Below the pieces are notes generated by a model. The model ran no database searches. It was not told the DNA's origin and saw only the letters and a program-made list of their open reading frames with translations. From Candidatus Zhuqueibacterota bacterium (GTDB lineage: Bacteria; Zhuqueibacterota; Zhuqueibacteria; Thermofontimicrobiales; Thermofontimicrobiaceae): 64,000 nucleotides of DNA. A program made the translations under genes and the position numbers. Within the stretch, counting starts at the first letter, position 1. Every line of letters starts with the position of its first letter. The stretch spans positions 160,001-224,000 of the forward strand of contig JBMOPW010000026.1 in the NCBI GenBank assembly GCA_049322915.1, given 5' to 3'. Positions 58,227 through 64,000 of the stretch are shown one piece after another.

Positions 58227-59360
58227 TCAATTGAATTCATGCAAAAAACCTAGAGGGAAAAGGAATGCAGCCAAACCGATTTGTAAATTTCCCTCTTCAA
58301 GCCGGCCGATGAAAAATCCCGGTTTCAGCGAGCCGATGCGCAACAGTCCCGGGAAGACCTCTATTTTGAAGTAATCGGCCTTCGCGCCGGCGATGATGGC
58401 GGACGCCATTAACGAATTAGTTCGATCCCAGAATAGTCCAATGGCGTTTTTCGTGCGGGGCGTCACCAGCCGCGCTTCTCCCTGGCGATCCTCCCGCAGC
58501 CCGAAAATGACGCTCCCGGCGCCGAACGATAGGGTGGAATGTTCGCTCACCCGGCAACTCATTCCGAAAATCGTATTCACCCCCCAATACAAAAAAATCG
58601 CCGGATGCCTTCGGGATGACACCTGAATTTTTGAAGCGAACTGCTGACCTGCATTTTCCAAATAGAAATTGCCCAGATTTAAATATGGCTGGCACGACCA
58701 ATCATAGATGGGAATGACTTTTGAAAACGTCTCTCTGCCGAACCGGGTGGAAAATAAAATGAATCCCAGCGGATTGAAAATGAGCAGATCAGCAATTGGA
58801 TCCACATTGGGGCCGTTGAAGGTGCTGTTTTCGACGATCTCATTCAGGAATTGATAGCTGATCGTCGTCGCCGCGGAAAATATGTATGGATGGGGATAGC
58901 CGCGGTAATCGCACCATTCCGCTAATTTGACGTATTGCATGCCATTCCCTAAAATGTGCAGAGAAAAATTGGGCAGGAATTGCATTCTGTCCATATCGCC
59001 TTTGGCGTTGAAAATTTCATCTGCGAAAAAATTGCCCCAGCCATATTTTTCAATATTGTCCAGGGGATGCGTGATATTGGAAATGACATTCTCGAACCCG
59101 TCCCAATACGGCAATTGGAGCACGTCCTTTGTCACGTTCCCATTTCTCAAAATATCGAATGAACCGTTAATCAGCAATGTCACGTGATTGAACACCAGGT
59201 CCGAGCCAAAATCGTTCGATGGATTGTAGAAATAGTATGGCTTCTCCTGTGCAAAAACGGGAATCACCAAAAACAGGCCCATCAGCCAACTGAGAATATT
59301 CGCAAACCACACTATTTTCATCATTCGTGTTTTTAACACAATGCACATTTTTCTTTTCAT
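58227..59360 (-). CDS. Hypothetical exported / outer-membrane protein
   Basis: Long ORF with a signal-like segment ending VFA-QE and a beta-strand-rich C-terminal half. Confidence 0.65.
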   Translation of the reverse strand: MKRKMCIVLKTRMMKIVWFANILSWLMGLFLVIPVFAQEKPYYFYNPSNDFGSDLVFNHVTLLINGSFDILRNGNVTKDVLQLPYWDGFENVISNITHPLDNIEKYGWGNFFADEIFNAKGDMDRMQFLPNFSLHILGNGMQYVKLAEWCDYRGYPHPYIFSAATTISYQFLNEIVENSTFNGPNVDPIADLLIFNPLGFILFSTRFGRETFSKVIPIYDWSCQPYLNLGNFYLENAGQQFASKIQVSSRRHPAIFLYWGVNTIFGMSCRVSEHSTLSFGAGSVIFGLREDRQGEARLVTPRTKNAIGLFWDRTNSLMASAIIAGAKADYFKIEVFPGLLRIGSLKPGFFIGRLEEGNLQIGLAAFLFPLGFLHEFN

Positions 59361-59569
59361 TTCAATGAGATGTTAAGCACTTCCAGCGATAAAATCCTGA
59401 TCTGCAGTGGTAAGCCGATTATTCTCTCAGTATGTTTGGACCAAAACTGCCGGCCAATTGAGCAACGCAGTCGAATGTTTCGTCATCGAACGATAGAATC
59501 ACGATCTACCCAGGAATATTGTAATTTAAGGAAGTCCATAGCTCTCTCGTAGCCCAGCGAAACCAGCTC

Positions 59570-60169
59570 CTAATTACTAAACCCCGCCTTAATCGTACTC
59601 CACGAAGGCAGTCGTGCGGAGGTGGAATCCAGTTTGGTATCGTGATCGTACCAGCGGGAAATGACCCAATAGCCATTTCGCCGCAGGAACCAGAAATCCA
59701 GTTGGCCCTTGCCCTGCCGCGGGTAACTCTGCGAGAGAATGTGGTGCAGATCCAGTTGATAATCCGCCTGCACATAAGCTGAATCCGGAAAATAGCTGCG
59801 CTGGATATTCGAATAAATCAGCGTCCGGACCGAGTCATCCGGGATGGCCGTGAACACTCTGTTGATATAGGTCTGCTCGCGCGATAAATTCCAGAAATCG
59901 AAAATCCCGGCATTGGTGGAAGCCTCAAATTGATCCGGCTCGAAATGAAAGATCGCATTGGAATCCACCAGGCATTTCATGTAATTCTCCACATTCTTTT
60001 CCTCGATGGCGTATTTCATGTTCTGAAGCACAATCATCGGATCAGTCGGGAACTGCCAGGATGTCCGCCCTTCGGTCGGCGGCTCGGCCTCACGTGTGGC
60101 AAAGGGATTCTTGCACGAATGCGCCAGAAGTAACACCAGCAATATCCCCACAGGTACTCGTATTTTCAT
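59570..60169 (-). CDS. Hypothetical lipoprotein
   Basis: LAHS-C lipobox-like site followed by NPFATREAEPP. Confidence 0.75.
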   Translation of the reverse strand: MKIRVPVGILLVLLLAHSCKNPFATREAEPPTEGRTSWQFPTDPMIVLQNMKYAIEEKNVENYMKCLVDSNAIFHFEPDQFEASTNAGIFDFWNLSREQTYINRVFTAIPDDSVRTLIYSNIQRSYFPDSAYVQADYQLDLHHILSQSYPRQGKGQLDFWFLRRNGYWVISRWYDHDTKLDSTSARLPSWSTIKAGFSN

Positions 60170-60305
60170 ATCACTTTCACCGTTCGAGACAAAAATCTAT
60201 TGCAATTGATGGGTACAAGTATTATCTTTTCGTTTGAAAAATGTAGCCACCGCAGCGTAAAATAAACAGCCTCATGGTTGGCGCGGAATCAGAACGAGGA
60301 TCGTT

Positions 60306-60713
60306 ATGTCCCTATTCGCTCGACTTTTCATGTTATTCACATTGGTCCCAATTATCGAGCTCGTCCTGCTCATCAAATTGGGCGGCTATATTGGCGCGTT
60401 GGAAACCATCGCCATCGTTGTGCTCACCGGGATTGTCGGCGCCTATCTCGCCAAATACGAGGGGTTCCGGGTGATGACCCGAATCCAGCAGGAACTGAGT
60501 CAGGGGCGAATCCCGGCCGAGGAACTATTGGATGGCGTGATCATCCTCGCCGGCGGCTTGCTGCTGCTGACACCGGGTTTGCTCACAGATGTCGTTGGCC
60601 TGTTAGCCATGATCCCGGCATCCCGGCATTTTATTAAAAAATACCTGCGAAAAAAATTCCAGCAAAAGATTAACTCCGGCCAGGTCTACACGACCTATAC
60701 CCGCGATAGCTGA
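60306..60713 (+). CDS. fxsA: FxsA-family membrane protein
   Basis: VPIIELVLLIKLG...LLLTPGLLTD. Confidence 0.9.
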   Translation: MSLFARLFMLFTLVPIIELVLLIKLGGYIGALETIAIVVLTGIVGAYLAKYEGFRVMTRIQQELSQGRIPAEELLDGVIILAGGLLLLTPGLLTDVVGLLAMIPASRHFIKKYLRKKFQQKINSGQVYTTYTRDS

Positions 60714-60926
60714 TAGTCGCTCCGATTGAGCCATCCAAGGCTGACCGACCTTCAAATATAAATGATTTTAATATCTTTATCAAGAATAAAGTTTTGGGTC
60801 AGGTTCCCTGTAACTGTATGCTCATTTATTGTACGCAAAGCTTGCCGATCGATAGGGGAAATACCTCCCAACCATTGCCTGCGCCGGTTATATATTCAGC
60901 GCGCTCATTTCGCTCCCGCAATTGAT

Positions 60927-62024
60927 TCACGAACCTACGTTGTCAAGAATACTGCAAATCCGCGCGGCTGCTTTTTCCGTCCCGTCGATGGCAACTTCGC
61001 TCCAGCTTTGTTCATTCAGCCTTTTAAACGAAATGGCTTCCACCCATTTTCCATAAATAAAATCTTCTCTCGGGACAAAGATCGCCGGCATGTTTTGCTG
61101 AATATAATAGTGCAACATGTCGTATTCGGCAAAATCATCCCGCGATGTGTACAACAACGGCGTCCGATTGGCGATGCAGCCGGAGACAATGCCATAGCCC
61201 GGTTTGGAAACGACGAGATCGCTGGCCATGATTAAATCTTCGAACAGACAAAAATCCGCCGGGATGGTGAGAATATTTTTATCGAGGGAGAACGCCGTAT
61301 CCGGAATGACGAACAGATAGCGCTCATAGGTTTTCCACAGGTTCGTGTCCATCCGGGTCAGATCATGATTGCGCAGCGCTAACAGAATGATTTTTTGAGC
61401 GAAATCCGCACCCAATTCCAGCTTTGCCAACACGTCCTGTTTTTGTCGAACTGATCTCCGGGCGATGAGCGGAATATCTTCGATGCGACGAAATGCGGAC
61501 ATGTCTCCGGCCGCAGGCAAGCGCAGCAACAAATCGGCGCGGGAATAGGACTGCCTGATTTCATCGATCAAAAATCGATGCTGAGGAAATTCGTCCGCGT
61601 ATGGCTGGTAAATCCAGTCCCAGGAAAAATTGCCAATGGCGATTCCGGGAACACCTGACTGGTGTGCAGCATCGAATGCGAACGGCGGGATGTCGCCGAC
61701 GACCAGTCGAATTTCGTTTTCCCTGATGAACCGAATCTCGTTGGTGATGAGAATTGGTTTCCGCGCCACCAGATCAGCGTAGGCTTCGAGCGTGGCTTTG
61801 ATTTTCACCGAAAAGCTGTTCTCCTGAATGGCGCCCACATCCATGGCTTCGTGGTAGAAATGGACGCGTTCGATATCCTGGTGGCGCGTTAGCCAGACCG
61901 GCGTTGTGGTTTTCACATGACAGACGATATCCGGTCGCGCAGTCAGAAGGTGTTTGATCACATCAAATGTTCTCACAAAATGGCCATAGCCGTGGCCAGT
62001 GATATAAAACAGCAGGTTGTTCAT
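60927..62024 (-). CDS. GT-B glycosyltransferase-like protein
   Basis: YITGHGYGH..R, GDIPP, NFSWD.IY and SKPGYGIV motifs; start moved to ATG 62024. Confidence 0.8.
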   Translation of the reverse strand: MNNLLFYITGHGYGHFVRTFDVIKHLLTARPDIVCHVKTTTPVWLTRHQDIERVHFYHEAMDVGAIQENSFSVKIKATLEAYADLVARKPILITNEIRFIRENEIRLVVGDIPPFAFDAAHQSGVPGIAIGNFSWDWIYQPYADEFPQHRFLIDEIRQSYSRADLLLRLPAAGDMSAFRRIEDIPLIARRSVRQKQDVLAKLELGADFAQKIILLALRNHDLTRMDTNLWKTYERYLFVIPDTAFSLDKNILTIPADFCLFEDLIMASDLVVSKPGYGIVSGCIANRTPLLYTSRDDFAEYDMLHYYIQQNMPAIFVPREDFIYGKWVEAISFKRLNEQSWSEVAIDGTEKAAARICSILDNVGS

Positions 62025-62060
62025 GAAGCGCACTTTTTCATCGTTAGCCGGATCATCCTG

Positions 62061-62127
62061 AAATGCCAAATGACAAAATCCAAAATACAAGTAAATCACA
62101 AAAACAAAATTTGAAAATTAAAATCCC
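62061..62127. repeat. Degenerate 7-nt array (AAATxxC)
   Basis: aaatgcc aaatgac aaaatcc aaaatac ... aaatcac. Confidence 0.5.
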
Positions 62128-62168
62128 CACTCAGCGTCTTGATTTTGAAGAATTTTTTTCCAGCGTAT

Positions 62169-62205
62169 AAAAAAAAGCGAGAGCCAAATCTGACCCTCGC
62201 TTTTT
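62169..62205 (-). terminator. Rho-independent terminator of the OPT gene
   Basis: A-run AGCGAG..CTCGCT T-run. Confidence 0.7.
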
Positions 62206-62213
62206 CATTTCAT

Positions 62214-64000
62214 TTATGCATCGGTCTTTGCAGATTTCGAGTATCGATACATGAAAATACAGAGGAATGTGAACATCACAATGCTGATAACCATGCCGAT
62301 ATGCCAGCCGCCAAGCTCAATTTCGGCCAGGCCGGTGTTCAGCTTATCGGCGAAGAAATAGGCGAGCACCGCACTGATGACGCCCATTAATGCGCCGCCG
62401 GCGATGAAACCGGAGGCGATGAGCGTGCCTTTATCCCGGCGTGCTTTGCTGACCTCTTCATTTTTACTGCTCTTGTCGACCAAGTGCGCGATGATACCGC
62501 CGATCAACAGCGGCGTGTTCAATTCAATCGGAAGGTACATGCCAAGCGCAAACGCCAGCGGGGCGATGCCGATCAATTCCATCACCAGCGCCATGAACAC
62601 ACCTGCCAGATACAATCCCCAGGGCACGGCATCCGTGGCGAACAGCACATTCAGGATTGCAGCCATAGCATTGCCCTGCGGAGCAGCCAGAGGCGCCGGA
62701 TGCTCCGGCGTCTTCACGAATCCATACACATTTTCCAGCAGTAAAATGACGCCGCCAACGAACAGCGATGCCACGAGAATGCCCAGGAACTTGAATCGCT
62801 CCTGGTTGAATGGCGTTGAACCCAGCCAGTAACCGACTTTGAGATCGGTGATGAACGCGCCGGCCGAAGACAACGCCGTGCAGACGACCGTCCCGATGAT
62901 CAGCGAGGAGATCATCCCGGCGGTTCCGTGCAGGCCGGCTTTGACCAGAATGATGCTGCTCAGAATCAACGTCATCAGCGTCATGCCGGAGACCGGATTC
63001 ACGCCGACAATGGCTGTGGCGCGGGCGGCAACCGTTGTGAACAGGAAACTGATGATGACCGTGATGATCACAGCGAGCAGAGTGATGTACCAGGATTCAA
63101 CTACCCAGAATCGGAAGAACAAAAGGATGGCGATAGTCGTGAGCGCAATGACCAGAATGACGAGCGACATGGGAATGTCTTTATCCGTGCGCTCCGGTTT
63201 TTCAATGTCTGAACCGGCTTTGAAAATCTGTTTGAATCCCAATGAAAACGCCTGAACGATGATTTTCAGATTTTTGATGATGCCGATGATCCCGGCGCAG
63301 GCGATACCGCCGATACCGATGTGCCGGACGTAGTTGGTGAAAATTTGCTCGACAGTCATTGTATTGAACGGGATATCCGCCGGCAAGACAGCCACGCCGA
63401 GATGGCTGCCGAAATACCACACGGCCGGAATCAGAACGAGCCACGAGACAAAGCTGCCGGCCACAATGATCGATGCATAGCGCAGACCGATGATATAACC
63501 CAGTCCGGTGACCGCAGCGCCGGCATTCACCTTCAGCACCAGTTTCGCCTTGTCGGCGAGCGTTGCGCCCCAGGGAATGACGCGGGTGGAAATGATCTCG
63601 TTCCACAGCCCGAAACTGGCAATGGCGAAATCATAGATGCCGCCGATGATGGCGGAGAAGATGAGCGTCTTCGCCTGCTCGCCGCCCTGTTCGCCGGTCA
63701 CCAGCACTTCGTTGATGGCTGTGCCTTCCGGAAATGGCAGCAGGCCGTGCTGCTCCGCCACAAAATATCGGCGCAGCGGGATGATGAAAACGATTCCCAG
63801 AAATCCGCCGAATAATGACGCTAAAAATATTTGCAGAAAACTCGTCGAAAGTCCCGGAATAATGTACAGCGCCGGGATGGTGAAAATCGCGCCGGCCACC
63901 ACCATGCCGGACGCAGCGCCAATAGATTGGATGATGACGTTCTCCAGAATGGTGTTCTTTCGTCGGTACAAACCGCTCAAACCAACCGCAATGATGGCAA
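62214..64000 (-). CDS. OPT-family oligopeptide transporter (5' end outside the window)
   Basis: ENVIIQSIG, LPFPEGTA, NPVSGMT, DLKVGYWLG and APQ motifs. Confidence 0.92.
   Translation of the reverse strand, partial: AIIAVGLSGLYRRKNTILENVIIQSIGAASGMVVAGAIFTIPALYIIPGLSTSFLQIFLASLFGGFLGIVFIIPLRRYFVAEQHGLLPFPEGTAINEVLVTGEQGGEQAKTLIFSAIIGGIYDFAIASFGLWNEIISTRVIPWGATLADKAKLVLKVNAGAAVTGLGYIIGLRYASIIVAGSFVSWLVLIPAVWYFGSHLGVAVLPADIPFNTMTVEQIFTNYVRHIGIGGIACAGIIGIIKNLKIIVQAFSLGFKQIFKAGSDIEKPERTDKDIPMSLVILVIALTTIAILLFFRFWVVESWYITLLAVIITVIISFLFTTVAARATAIVGVNPVSGMTLMTLILSSIILVKAGLHGTAGMISSLIIGTVVCTALSSAGAFITDLKVGYWLGSTPFNQERFKFLGILVASLFVGGVILLLENVYGFVKTPEHPAPLAAPQGNAMAAILNVLFATDAVPWGLYLAGVFMALVMELIGIAPLAFALGMYLPIELNTPLLIGGIIAHLVDKSSKNEEVSKARRDKGTLIASGFIAGGALMGVISAVLAYFFADKLNTGLAEIELGGWHIGMVISIVMFTFLCIFMYRYSKSAKTDA

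Noticed and set aside
1512..63815. Numerous long antisense or alternate-frame ORFs (for example 1512-2723, 5514-6605, 11726-12715, 15443-16240, 23537-24307, 47753-48751)
   Set aside because: They lie wholly over well-supported genes and show no motifs; similarity among some of them only mirrors the paralogy on the opposite strand.
1..64000. CRISPR array, tRNA or rRNA genes
   Set aside because: No regularly spaced 25-40 bp repeats with unique spacers and no cloverleaf or rRNA signatures seen by eye.

Overview
Bacterial chromosomal window. The gene content suggests an FCB-group lineage such as KSB1 or Calditrichota; this is an inference from T9SS-like/FlgD C-terminal domains, PorV-like barrels and cohesin/dockerin proteins. 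Housekeeping genes include partial murG, pheS/pheT, pdxJ, fxsA, an MltD-like lytic transglycosylase and a partial OPT transporter. The main accessory locus (10-28 kb) is a tandem array of four paralogous ~1000-aa secreted proteins. They share a conserved scaffold, have aromatic-rich hypervariable loops, and have 3' ends homogenised at the DNA level. The array is interrupted by toxin-antitoxin genes and followed by a four-helix-bundle gene, a lipoprotein and a TonB-dependent receptor. Three PorV-like barrels lie at 43.5-47 kb. Intergenic DNA is rich in small elements: three copies of a 163-bp MITE (two flank a TA pair as inverted repeats), a family of short elements with GTAA..TCA / TGA..TTAC-type inverted termini (one carries a GxxExxY gene), inverted 7-mer and 9-mer arrays bracketing the four-helix-bundle and GxxExxY genes, and duplicated IS3 left-end remnants around a beta-propeller gene. 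PheRS is of the archaeal/eukaryal architecture, with a CxxC..CxxC insert in PheT. No rRNA, tRNA, CRISPR array, reverse transcriptase or intact transposase was seen. All family assignments are by eye from motifs, not database searches.
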